In this document: piece after piece, positions 11,349 to 21,375 of the stretch
Layout: every line of letters begins with the position of its first letter
Numbering within the stretch: the stretch's first letter is position 1
DNA from: Octopus sinensis
Taxonomy: Eukaryota
Assembly (NCBI RefSeq): GCF_006345805.1
Contig: NW_021832431.1
Coordinates: 1 to 33,268, forward strand
Reading direction: 5' to 3'
Length of the DNA: 33,268 bases
Position numbers and translations under genes: made by a program
The notes under the pieces: model-generated
Seen by the model: only the letters and a program-made list of their open reading frames with translations
Databases searched by the model: none
What the model was told of the DNA's origin: nothing

Positions 11349-11866
11349 GAGATGTAACAGCAAAGAAAAGCATACATTCACTCTCTGCATGCAATTAGAC
11401 TCGGAAAGTTCGTGAGGAACCCATTGACCCAATTTGCTGACTTTTCCGATAGCACACAGGTCTCAATGAATGGTTGAATGACCAAATCCAAGCTTCTCTG
11501 CTAGTTCCTCAACAGTTACGATGAGATTTTGTTCCACCAGGGTTTTCAGGATGTCCTTGTCGAGTTCTACAGATCTTTCAGGATGAGGCTCGTCTTCTAG
11601 GCTGTAGTTTATGGCTCGGAATTTCTGGAACCACCATTGACACTGCCTTACGCTTATTGTCCAATCCCCATATACTGCATTAATATTTCTTGTACTTTCC
11701 GTTGCGTTGTTGTCTTTATTGAACTCATAAAGCAAAATATGCTCCTTTGTTACTTCCAATATAGCTTTGAAAAAAATAGCTGTTAAAATCGAAATGCACT
11801 CTTCAAAACTTGCACTATGAATAAGGACAAGATAAAATTACTACCTGCTTTTATAGCAAGTTAATA
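11349..11866 (-). mobile_element. Mariner remnant: 5' TIR and N-terminal transposase
   Basis: MEVTKEHILLYEFNK...QCQWWFQKFR..YSLEDEPH..., continuing through one stop to GKVSKLGQWVPHEL (mariner WVPHEL motif). TIR-like TA|TATTAACTTGCTATAAAAGCAGG near 11866. Confidence 0.88.
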
Positions 11867-11928
11867 TAAGTAGTTTATCCCATTCCCCTCTGACGTTTAG
11901 TTCAAGCTGTTGAAAAAACCGCATTATT

Positions 11929-12200
11929 ACATATATATACATACATACATACATACATACATATACACACACACTCTCTCTCTCACACACATGCACACAT
12001 TTATATTCTGTTATTCTTTTATATGTTTCAGCCTTGAGGTTGTGGCCATGCTGGATCATGTGTGTGTGTGTGTGTGTGTGTGTCTATCTGTCTGTCTGTC
12101 TGTATGTATATATGTATATGTATGTGTGTGAACAATATTTTCAACAGATGTGTTGCAAATGTATCTGATTGTTCTCAAGCTTCAATACTGTGTGTGTGTA

Positions 12201-12233
<33 letters not shown>

Positions 12234-12250
12234 ATATGTATGTATGTATG

Positions 12251-12282
<32 letters not shown>

Positions 12283-12370
12283 TGTGTGTATATATGTATG
12301 TGTGTGTGTATGTGTGTATGTGTGTGTGTGTGCATGTATGTATGTATGTATGTATGTATGAGTGTATGTT
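11929..12370. repeat. Compound (TACA)n/(TG)n/(TATG)n microsatellites with a short SINE tail fragment (about 12001-12058)
   Basis: Directly visible. Confidence 0.85.
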
Positions 12371-12380
12371 TACTTTATTA

Positions 12381-12859
12381 CTAACACAAGCCACTACGGT
12401 CATTTAATGTAAAGTCTTCCTCAAATCACTCTCTCTCGCTATTTACTCTCTTCCAAGAACATTTTCACTCACTCTTATCTCTTAGCTTCCCATACATTTT
12501 ACTCATGTATCTATCAGCGTCATAGACAGAAACAAATATTACATCGCCATCGTCATCGCATTCTATTGTCTACCTGTCAACACACTGAATTACTTTCACT
12601 ATATTCGTAGCACACTGTGCGTGTGCGTTTGCGTGTGCTGTAAACCAGACTAAGAAAAGCATTTGACATACACACCAGAATGTGAGTTTTCTGTAAATTT
12701 TGCTTAATTGGAGTTTAAATTTTAAAAACTGGACCTGGCATGACCCGATGCATTCTACTCTTAAAAATGCTAGGTAAATTGTAATTGAAGAAATCCTATA
12801 TCGTAGATTTCTATAACTCCCAAGGGAGGCAGATAAAATCTGCCTTTTATAATAAGAGA
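12381..12859 (-). mobile_element. Degenerate non-autonomous Helitron-like element
   Basis: Minus-strand start A|TCTCTTATTATAAAAGGCAG resembles the 5' ends of the other Helitrons here. The other end is degenerate (ctaa instead of ctag, no clear hairpin). Confidence 0.4.
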
Positions 12860-12860
12860 T

Positions 12861-13105
12861 GTATATATATGTATATGTATATATATATATGTGTATATAT
12901 ATGTATATGTATATATATATATGTGTATATATATGTATATGTATATATATATATGTATATATATGTATATGTATATATATATATGTATATATATGTATAT
13001 ATATGTATATATATATGTATATATGTGTATATATATATATATGTATATATGTATATATAATATTATATATATATAATATATATATATATATGTATATATG
13101 TATAT

Positions 13106-13176
<71 letters not shown>

Positions 13177-13189
13177 TATATATAAATAT

Positions 13190-13233
<44 letters not shown>
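12861..13233. repeat. (TA)n/(TATATG)n microsatellite
   Basis: Directly visible. Confidence 0.95.
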
Positions 13234-13240
<7 letters not shown>

Positions 13241-13508
13241 ATATTTCGGAATGGTCATATTGCCAGTTTAGCCAATAAAAACACACGCACTATATATTTG
13301 GTGTTATTTTGCTTCAGTGATATTTATTTTTTACATTAATCTTAATCTTATTTCGGCCAGAGTTCTTTCGTCACACTCCTGTGACCGCATCAGTGGTCCT
13401 TTGTTTTCTTCTTTCGTATTTGTTTCTCTCCTTACTAACACCAAATATACAGTGCGTGTGTTTTTATTGGCTAAACTGGCAATATGACCATTCCGAAATA
13501 TAACAATA
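13234..13508. mobile_element. PLE-like pLTR fragment with 73 bp inverted arms (13234-13306 and 13436-13508)
   Basis: tattgttatatttcggaatggtcatattgccagtttagccaataaaaacacacgcact...ggtgtta and its reverse complement, with an HHR-like motif in the loop. Confidence 0.65.
13355..13398 (-). ncRNA. Variant minimal hammerhead-like motif
   Basis: Minus strand: GACCA-CTGATGC-G-GTCAC-aggagt-GTGAC-GAAAG-AA-CTC-TGGCC. Stem II is a perfect 5 bp, stem I has one mismatch, and the core has A9C plus one extra nt. Confidence 0.5.
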
Positions 13509-13564
13509 TCTGTTTCAACACACGACTTCACATAAAAAAATCTTGCACAACAAATATTTAAACG

Positions 13565-16222
13565 TGATTCTGTCCCCTGCCTTCCACCCTCTTTGATTCC
13601 CTCTCTCTCTGTCTCTCTTTCTCTCTCTCCTGACCTGCTGCTTCTTCAACCATTCTGTTGGCCTTCGTATCTCGACCAACATGTGTCCCCGCTACCGAAA
13701 CGGTAATTATTTCTACGCCAGCTGCTATGTTGTTGTTGTTTTGTCTCATTTGGTCTAAAGTCGTATGACAACCACCGTTATATACATTTTGTTTTTTCAT
13801 TACTGTTTTCAATTTCGTTTTCGTCTCTTGTATTCACATCCGTCTTGTGCGTTCACATTCCTGTCTTCTACCAAGAAATCTAATGCTTACAGCTTAGTTT
13901 TTTTTCTTGGGGCTGGCCGAGTTGGAGCAAATATCAGAATTGAACAGCCGAAATTTGCTATGATGATTCGGTGTCTGACTGAAGATTGAAAGCTTCGAAT
14001 GATTTGTCTGTGTTCCGTGTTCGTCCCTTCCTGTATTTCACGTTCATTATATATAAAAACATTCATTCTTATATTATTGCGGCGTTACGTGCACCCCCCC
14101 CCCCGTTTGTTTGTCCAATTTTAAACCCTGCACGACTTCTATACACACTGTCTTTTACTACCCGCCATTGCTTCTTCACCAAACTTTTTGGCGCCCTCCG
14201 ATTCTTCCCCTCTCTTCCTCCCATCCTCCTCCCCTCTTCCTCCCATCCTCCTTAATCCCTTCTTTCTCCTTCTCTCTTGGTCACTGATTCTGTCCCCTGC
14301 CTTCCACCCTCTTTGATTCCCTCTCTCTCTGTCTCTCTTTCTCTCTCTCCTGACCTGCTGCTTCTTCAACCATTCTGTTGGCCATCGTATCTCGACCAAC
14401 ATGTGTCCCCGCTACCGAAACGGTAATTATTTCTACGCCAGCTGCTATGTTGTTGTTGTTTTGTCTCATTTGGTCTAAAGTCGTATGACAACCACCGTAT
14501 ATAACATTTTGTTTTTTCATTACTGTTTTCAATTTCGTTTTCGTCTCTTGTATTCACATCCGTCTTGTGCGTTCACATTCCTGTCTTCTACCAAGAAATC
14601 TAATGCTTACAGCTTAGTTTTTTTTCTTGGGGCTGGCCGAGTTGGAGCAAATATCAGATTGAACAGCCGAAATTTGCTATGATGATTCGGTGTCTGACTG
14701 AAGATTGAAGGCTTCGAATGATTTGTCTGTGTTCCGTGTTCGTCCCTTCCTGTATTTCACGTTCATTATATATAAAAACATTCATTCTTATATTATTGCG
14801 GCGTTACGTGCACCCCCCCGTTTGTTTGTCCAATTTTAAACCCTGCACGACTTCTATACACACTGTCTTTTACTACCCGCCATTGCTTCTTCACCAAACT
14901 TTTTTGGCACCCTCCGATTCTTCCCCTCTCTTCCTCCCATCCTCCTCCCCTCTTCCTCCCATCCTCCTTATCCCTTCTTTCTCCTTCTCTCTTGGTCACT
15001 GATTCTGTCCCCTGCCTTCCACCCTCTTTGATTCCCTCTCTCTCTGTCTCTCTTTCTCTCTCTCCTGACCTGCTGCTTCTTCAACCATTCTGTTGGCCTT
15101 CGTATCTCGACCACATGTCTCCCCGCTACCGAAACGGTAATTATTTCTACGCCAGCTGCTATGTTGTTGTTGTTTTGTCTCATTGGTCTAAAGTCGTATG
15201 ACAACCACCGTTATATACATTTTGTTTTTTCATTACTGTTTTCAATTTCGTTTTCGTCTCTTGTATTCACATCCGTCTTGTGCGTTCACATTCCTGTCTT
15301 CTACCAAGAAATCTAATGCTTACAGCTTAGTTTTTTTTCTTGGGGCTGGCAAGTTGGAGCAAATATCAGAATTGAACAGCCGAAATTTGCTATGATGATT
15401 CGGTGTCTGACTGAAGATTGAAAGCTTCGAATGATTTGTCTGTGTTCCGTGTTCGTCCCTTCCTGTATTTCACGTTCATTATATATAAAAACATTCATTC
15501 TTATATTATTGCGGCGTTACGTGCACCCCCCCCCCCGTTTGTTTGTCCAATTTTAAACCCTGCACGACTTCTATACACACTGTCTTTTACTACCCGCCAT
15601 TGCTTCTTCACCAAACTTTTTTGGCGCCCTCCGATTCTTCCCCTCTCTTCCTCCCATCCTCCTCCCCTCTTCCTCCCATCCTCCTTAATCCCTTCTCTCT
15701 TCTTCTCTTGGTCACTGATTCTGTCCCCTGCCTTCCACCCTCTTGATTCCCTCTCTCTCTGTCTCTCTTTCTCTCTCTCCTGACCTGCTGCTTCTTCAAC
15801 CATTCTGTTGGCCTTCGTATCTCGACCAACATGTGTCCCCGCTACCGAACGGTAATTATTTCTACGCCAGCTGCTATGTTGTTGTTGTTTTGTCTCATTT
15901 GGTCTAAAGTCGTATGACAACCACCGTTATATACATTTTGTTTTTTCATTACTGTTTTCAATTTCGTTTTCGTCTCTTGTATTCACATCCGTCTTGTGCG
16001 TTCACATTCCTGTCTTCTACCAAGAAATCTAATGCTTACAGCTTAGTTTTTTTTCTTGGGGCTGGCCGAGTTGGAGCAAATATCAGAATTGAACAGCCGA
16101 AATTTGCTATGATGATCGTCGTGTTCTGACTGAAGATTGAAGGCTTCGAATGATTTGTCTGTGTTCCGTGTTCGTCCCTTCCTCTATTTCACGTTCATTA
16201 TATATAAAAAATTCATTCTTAT
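13565..16222. repeat. Tandem array of about 3.7 copies of a ~717 bp unit
   Basis: The anchor gattctgtcccc recurs at 13566, 14286, 15001 and 15717 (periods 720, 715, 716). The units are nearly identical and the last ends in (TA)n at about 16222. Confidence 0.97.
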
Positions 16223-16231
16223 ATATATATA

Positions 16232-16278
<47 letters not shown>

Positions 16279-16280
16279 AT

Positions 16281-17389
16281 TAATATGGAGGTCAGTTCGG
16301 AAAAAGAAAATAAGAGTGATATGACCCACTTTTGCTGGTTTGTAGTCTTAAAGTCTGGGATATAAAGTTATTGCCTTTTGTTCTGCCATTTTCCGGAGAC
16401 ATTTATGTTTTCGGAAGAGACCTCTGCCCCTGTTCCGGTCAAGGAAAGTTCGAGAAACCACCTCTTTAAAATGCGACGCGCTGTGAGCTTGTGAGTCAGT
16501 CGGCAGTTGGGATTGTGGGCAGTCAGTCAGTCAGTCAGTCAGTCGGCAGTTGGGATTGTAGGCAGTCAGTCAGGCAGTCGGGAACAGAGCGAGTTGGCAA
16601 TAGGTAGTTCTACCTGAGACAGCAACGGGGCAGTTTTGGCCAAGGACAGCGATGATACGGACGGTCAGCCAAGAAGGTGGCGATGGCGAGGGGCAACTAC
16701 ACCGCTGAGAAAGACAGACAGACAGTGAGAGGATGAGAGGTTGAGAAAGACATACACAGAGGATTGAGAGCGAAAGAGGGATTACGGCGGATAGAAGGCA
16801 TGGCTATTATAGTAGGAGTTGAAACGGTATGTGTTGTTTATGTTTTGATGTGAATTGTGTTAAAAAGAGTTGTTAAAGAAAAAAGAATTGATGTGTTAAA
16901 TAAAAAGGAGAAAGAACTGTGAATTAAGGAAAAGAGGAAGAAAAAAATGGGTTGTTGAAAAGAAAAAGAAAGAGAAAGACTTTAATGTGATTTGAACATT
17001 GAACTGTATCGTGAATTGAACTGATTTGTCTCTGAACTGTATCGTGAACATTATTTGATTTTGAACTGTTGTCTCCGGACTGTGTTGTATCTGCATGCTT
17101 TGATTTTGTTGATTCTGTTGCTTGTATTTTCTTTGATGTATCTGATATTGTAATGATTGTTATAAACTGTTTTTAAATGTAAGCCAATTGCCTTCCGCCG
17201 TGTCTCTGTATCTCTTCCTGCTGTTGTTGTTGTTGTTCTCTCCAGTCGCCGAGTTCGGTGCCATTCCCCCACCGAATTCTCTCTTTCCGTGGCGAATTCG
17301 CCGTTCGACTAGGCTGGTGCAATCGTCGTCGCTCGACTTGGTAGGGTCCCGGGTTTCCGAAGAGTTTGGGCAACGCAGGTGGTATACGT

Positions 17390-17393
<4 letters not shown>
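16281..17393 (+). mobile_element. Solo LTR (~1.1 kb) related to the LTR at 28944-30044
   Basis: Ends ...CGTAACA. Shares ataaact..ttaaatgtaagcca.ttgcctt, ctctgtatctct, (gtt)n and ttccgtggcgaa with the minus strand of 28944-29150. Flanked by (TA)n on both sides. The 5' TG is not preserved. Confidence 0.72.
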
Positions 17394-17467
<74 letters not shown>

Positions 17468-17496
17468 ATACAATATGTTACATTACTCGGTAGTCA

Positions 17497-17559
17497 AGAT
17501 AAAACTCTGAGTTTCAGATGCCGAAGTGGAAATCCACAACACCATCTCTTCGGTTATCT
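17497..17559 (-). ncRNA. Type I hammerhead ribozyme motif (U4C, extra U before G12), left arm
   Basis: Identical reverse complement of 18545-18607. Confidence 0.65.
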
Positions 17560-17793
17560 GGCTATTTGAAAACATTATGAAAAAATACCGTTAAAAATGA
17601 AGGGAAATTACTCTGTTATAACTCTGCTTTGCCTGCGTACTTATACATCGCTCGCATTTTTCGTCATAAAAATTATATAAAAATACATAAAAATATATAA
17701 AAATATATAAAATCTTCTTGGGACATAACACAGAAAGCATGTTCTATCCGTTTTCTTTAGGGGACCAAAAACGTAACAGAAATTTAGTCACAT

Positions 17794-18363
17794 GTGGGCA
17801 TTAGTTTTAGTTCAACTACCAATTTTAAAAACATAATCAATCATAACATACAAAAAACACAAGAAGAAAACAGCTGTTCATGCAGGAATAAAGAATTGTG
17901 CCCGCTAAATGGAGCTTGCATGTCCAAGACCATCATATATGAAGCTACCGTAAACTCTATAACCACTAAAGACACCGTTTGGACGAAGAAATATGTGGGC
18001 CTGACAGAGGGTAATTTCAAATACGTGGGCCTGACAGAGGGTAATTTCAAGGCCAGGTTCAATAACCACACTTTGAGCTTTAGGCACTGGAACAAAAGAA
18101 AAGCGACACAATTATCCAATCATATTTGGTCTTTAAGAGATAAAGGTGTCGATTATAACATACAATGGAAGATTTTGGCCAGATGTAAGCCCTATACTAA
18201 CGGCAGCGGAAGGTGTGGTTTATGCGACATGGAGAGATGGCTTATCTGGAAAAGCAGCTTAGACCCTACTACATGTCTAAATACAAGGACAGAGCTTTTC
18301 GGATCATGCCCACATGTGACTAAATTTCTGTTACGTTTTTGGTCCCCTAAAGAAAACGGATAG
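17794..18363 (+). CDS. PLE GIY-YIG endonuclease domain (189 aa open frame; homology starts at about 17803)
   Basis: CSC....CPLNGAC...IIYEATV...KYVGLTEGNFK.RFNNH..SF....TQLSNHIWSL....I.WKIL...PY.....CGLC..E......LN.R.E...CPH..KFLL. Confidence 0.88.
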   Translation: MGISFSSTTNFKNIINHNIQKTQEENSCSCRNKELCPLNGACMSKTIIYEATVNSITTKDTVWTKKYVGLTEGNFKYVGLTEGNFKARFNNHTLSFRHWNKRKATQLSNHIWSLRDKGVDYNIQWKILARCKPYTNGSGRCGLCDMERWLIWKSSLDPTTCLNTRTELFGSCPHVTKFLLRFWSPKENG

Positions 18364-18544
18364 AACATGCTTTCTGTGTTATGTCCCAAGAAGATTTTAT
18401 ATATTTTTATATTTTTTATATATTTTTATAATTTTTATGACGAAAAATGCGAGCGATGTATAAGTACGCAGGCAAAGCAGAGTTATAACAGAGTAATTTC
18501 CCTTCATTTTTAACGGTATTTTTTCATAACGTTTTCAAATAGCC

Positions 18545-18607
18545 AGATAACCGAAGAGATGGTGTTGTGGATTTCCACTTCGGCATCTGAAACTCAGAGT
18601 TTTATCT
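18545..18607 (+). ncRNA. Type I hammerhead ribozyme motif (U4C, extra U before G12), right arm
   Basis: AGATAA-CCGAAGA-GATG..GTGG.attt.CCAC..CATC-T-GAAAC-TCAGA-GTT-TTATCT. Stem I is 6 bp and the stem III region is the near-palindrome AACTCAGAGTT. Confidence 0.65.
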
Positions 18608-18699
18608 TGACTACCGAGTAATGTAACATTGTATAGATAATTTCCTCTATTTACATAATATGAGGTCTCTTTCTTTCTTTTGTTATCTTACCGTTTTAT

Positions 18700-18744
<45 letters not shown>

Positions 18745-18754
18745 ATTATGTGTG

Positions 18755-18920
18755 TGGAGGCGCAATGGCCCAGTGGTAGGGCAGCGGACTCGCGGTCGTA
18801 GGATCGCGGTTTCGATTCCCAGACCGGGTGTTGTGTGTGTTTATTGAGCGAAAACACCTAAAAAAGCTCCACGAAGCTCCGGCAGGGGGTGGTGATCCCT
18901 GCTGTACTCTTTCACCACTA
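18755..18920 (+). mobile_element. tRNA-derived SINE (5' part)
   Basis: Pol III A box TGGCCCAGTGGT and B box GTTTCGATTCC, followed by gttgtgtgtgtttattgagcgaaaacac. Related to 22925-23096. Confidence 0.75.
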
Positions 18921-18921
18921 T

Positions 18922-19268
18922 AGGCACAGGAGTGGCTGTGTGGTAAGTAGCTTGCTAACCAACCACATGGTTCCGGGTTCAGTCCCACTTCGTGGCATCT
19001 TGGGCAAGTGTCATCTGCTATAGCCCCGGGCCGACCAATGCCTTGTGAGTGGATTTGGTAGACGGAAACTGAAAGAAGCCTGTCGTATATATGTATGTAT
19101 ATATGTGTGTGTGTGTTTGTCCCCCTAGCATTGCTTGACAACCGATGTTGGTGTGTTTAGCGGTTCGGCAAAAGAGACTGATAGAATAAGTCCCGGGGTC
19201 GATTTGATCAACTAAAGGCGGCGCTCCAGCATGGCCGCAGTCAAATGACTGACACAAGTAAAAGAGTA
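18922..19268 (+). mobile_element. tRNA-derived SINE (second family) with an internal microsatellite
   Basis: aggcacaggagtggctgtgtggtaag (A box) ... ggttcagtccc (B box-like) ... gcggcgctccagcatggccgcagtcaaatgactga 3' end. Confidence 0.8.
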
Positions 19269-19536
19269 TATGTATATATATATATATATACAAAATAAGA
19301 AAATGGAGAAATACATCTAAATCATTAATCAACTACCAGATAATACTCAATCACATACTTTATTAAACCACTATATGTTATCCCATAGAGGGTTGAATTT
19401 GCAACCCCTATCTCAATTTGTATATATATATATATATATGTATATGTATATATATATATGTATATGTATATGTATATATATATATGTATGTATATATATA
19501 TATATATGTATGTATGTATATATATATATATATATA

Positions 19537-19695
19537 TGGTGGTGGAACAGTATTGTTGACAGGGCTATTAGACAAAAGAAATAGGCTTGGAAGGACTGGA
19601 AGAACGGTGGTAGCAGGGAAGTGTATCAGACTTCTAGAAGGGAAGCTAAGAGGCAGGTGTATATAGCCAGAGAAAAAATTTGCCAATGTTCTGCT
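19537..19695 (+). mobile_element. RTE-clade LINE fragment (endonuclease-RT linker)
   Basis: [41 protein letters not shown], typical of the RTE linker. Confidence 0.65.
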
Positions 19696-19838
19696 TCCTC
19701 ATTCTACATTGAGAGAAGGACGGGATGGACGCTTCATTTTTGTGCTGGTACCGCATTATGTAGTACGCGAATGAGAGGATTTGCATCTCCAACGTAGAAT
19801 TTTTGATGTAATACATGTCCTTGAGGTAGTAATTGTGC

Positions 19839-19916
19839 GCGGCTGAAGAAGGCCATAGACACACATTATGCATTGCTATAAATCCGTCTAATAAAGGCCC
19901 GAAACATATGTACCGC
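19839..19916 (+). ncRNA. Type I hammerhead ribozyme with a canonical core, in a PLE-like pLTR fragment (about 19700-20020)
   Basis: GCGG-CTGAAGA-aGGCC.aTAGAC...GTCTA..GGCCc-GAAAC-ATAT-GTA-CCGC. Stem III carries the perfect palindrome ACATATGT. There is an A.C mismatch at 10.1-11.1. Confidence 0.8.
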
Positions 19917-20102
19917 TGAATACTTGGCATCATGTTTTTATTTTGATTAAATTACTCCACCACCTACACCACCAAACGGTATATACAGGTGCTTACAATT
20001 ATCAAGTACTCACCCTGAATTTTTGTATGTATGTATATATATATATATATATATATATGTAATATATATATATGTATTATATATATATATATATATATGT
20101 AT

Positions 20103-20212
20103 ATTTAATCAGAATTTGGAAAATTGTGGCTTTGAAACATGTGTAGAATTTAATAAAAGGAATTATGTACAATCTTCGTTCAACTCCATTTCTTCCATTC
20201 ACTAATTATATA
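20103..20212 (+). repeat. Inverted copy of 20901-21010 (3' half of an HHR-bearing pLTR)
   Basis: atttaatcagaatttggaaaattgtggctttgaaacatgtgtagaa...cactaatta. It lacks the CUGANGA half. Confidence 0.85.
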
Positions 20213-20505
20213 TATATATATATATATATCTATATATTATACATATATACATATATACATATATATATATACATATATATACATATATACATATATACAT
20301 ATATATATATACATATATATATATATACATATATATACATATATACAATATACATGTACATATATATGTATATATATATAATATATACATATATATACAT
20401 ATATATGTATATATATATAATATATATATATATATACATATATACATATATACATATATATATATACATATATATTATATATATATATATATATATATGA
20501 TATAT

Positions 20506-20536
<31 letters not shown>

Positions 20537-20624
20537 ATATATATGTATATATGTATATACATATATACATATATACATGTACATATATATGTATATATAT
20601 ATGTATATATGTATATATATATAT

Positions 20625-20655
<31 letters not shown>

Positions 20656-20900
20656 GTATATATGTATATATATATATACATATTATGTACATGTATATGT
20701 ATATATGTATATATATGTATATATGTATTATATGTATAGATATATATATATGTATATGTATATATATGTATATATATATGTATATATATATATGTATATA
20801 TGTATATATATATATATGTATATATATATATGAATATATGTATATATATATATATATGTAAATATGTATATATTATTTATATAATATATTATATATATAT
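20213..20900. repeat. ~690 bp (TA)n/(TACA)n/(TATG)n microsatellite
   Basis: Directly visible. Confidence 0.95.
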
Positions 20901-20946
20901 ATATAATTAGTGAATGGAAGAAATGGAGTTGAACGAAGATTGTACA

Positions 20947-21056
20947 TAATTCCTTTTGTTACATTCTACACATGTTTCAAAGGCCACAATTTTCCAAATT
21001 CTGATTAAATAAGGTTACCATATTGCAGCTTTCTCTTCAGGAAAAACCAGGAATTA
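20947..21056 (-). ncRNA. Type I hammerhead ribozyme with a canonical core, in a PLE-like 3' fragment (about 20901-21340)
   Basis: Minus strand: TAATTCCT.ggttt.TTC-CTGAAGA-GAAAGCTGCAAT...ATTGTGGCCTTT-GAAAC-ATGT-GTA-GAA.tgtaacaaa.AGGAATTA. Stem II is ~11 bp and stem I is bipartite. Confidence 0.8.
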
Positions 21057-21375
21057 CGTTGTCAGAACAAAACAAAACAGAGGCGCAGCAAAGCATTTCG
21101 AACGAGGACGCTCCTTAAGAGCCCATGGATAAACTGTTTATCAGTGTACGTTGAAATCGGGGGGTTGGTGTACTTACAGGTCAGGCCGCGGTCAAATCTA
21201 GTAGGTGAGGAATTACTGAGAACAAGGGGTGTGGAGATGTTCTGTGTGACCAAAACTAATGTTCTGAATATTTAACCCAGGTATCGGTTAAACTTTTGAA
21301 TAATCTGTAACAAGAAAATTCATCTTTCCATTTCAACAAATATATACATATATATGTATATATATGTATATATAT

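Larger units (their letters stand above)
17463..18700 (+). mobile_element. Penelope-like element cassette 2: RT-less GIY-YIG ORF between ~335 bp inverted arms (17463-17801 and 18306-18639)
   Basis: The arms are near-perfect reverse complements, include the 3' end of the ORF, and each carries an HHR motif. Confidence 0.88.

Noticed and set aside
13565-16222. CRISPR-like array or HHR-containing retrozyme array
   Set aside because: The units are ~717 bp with no short repeat-spacer structure. CTGAAGA..GAAT and AACATGTGTC motifs are present, but stems I and II cannot be closed into a hammerhead on either strand.
17794-17802. Start codon of the 189 aa ORF
   Set aside because: The called start is a GTG inside the inverted arm. 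Homology begins at about 17803, so there is no evident native start.
18755-18830. tRNA gene
   Set aside because: It has A and B boxes but no complete cloverleaf, and it continues into SINE body sequence.
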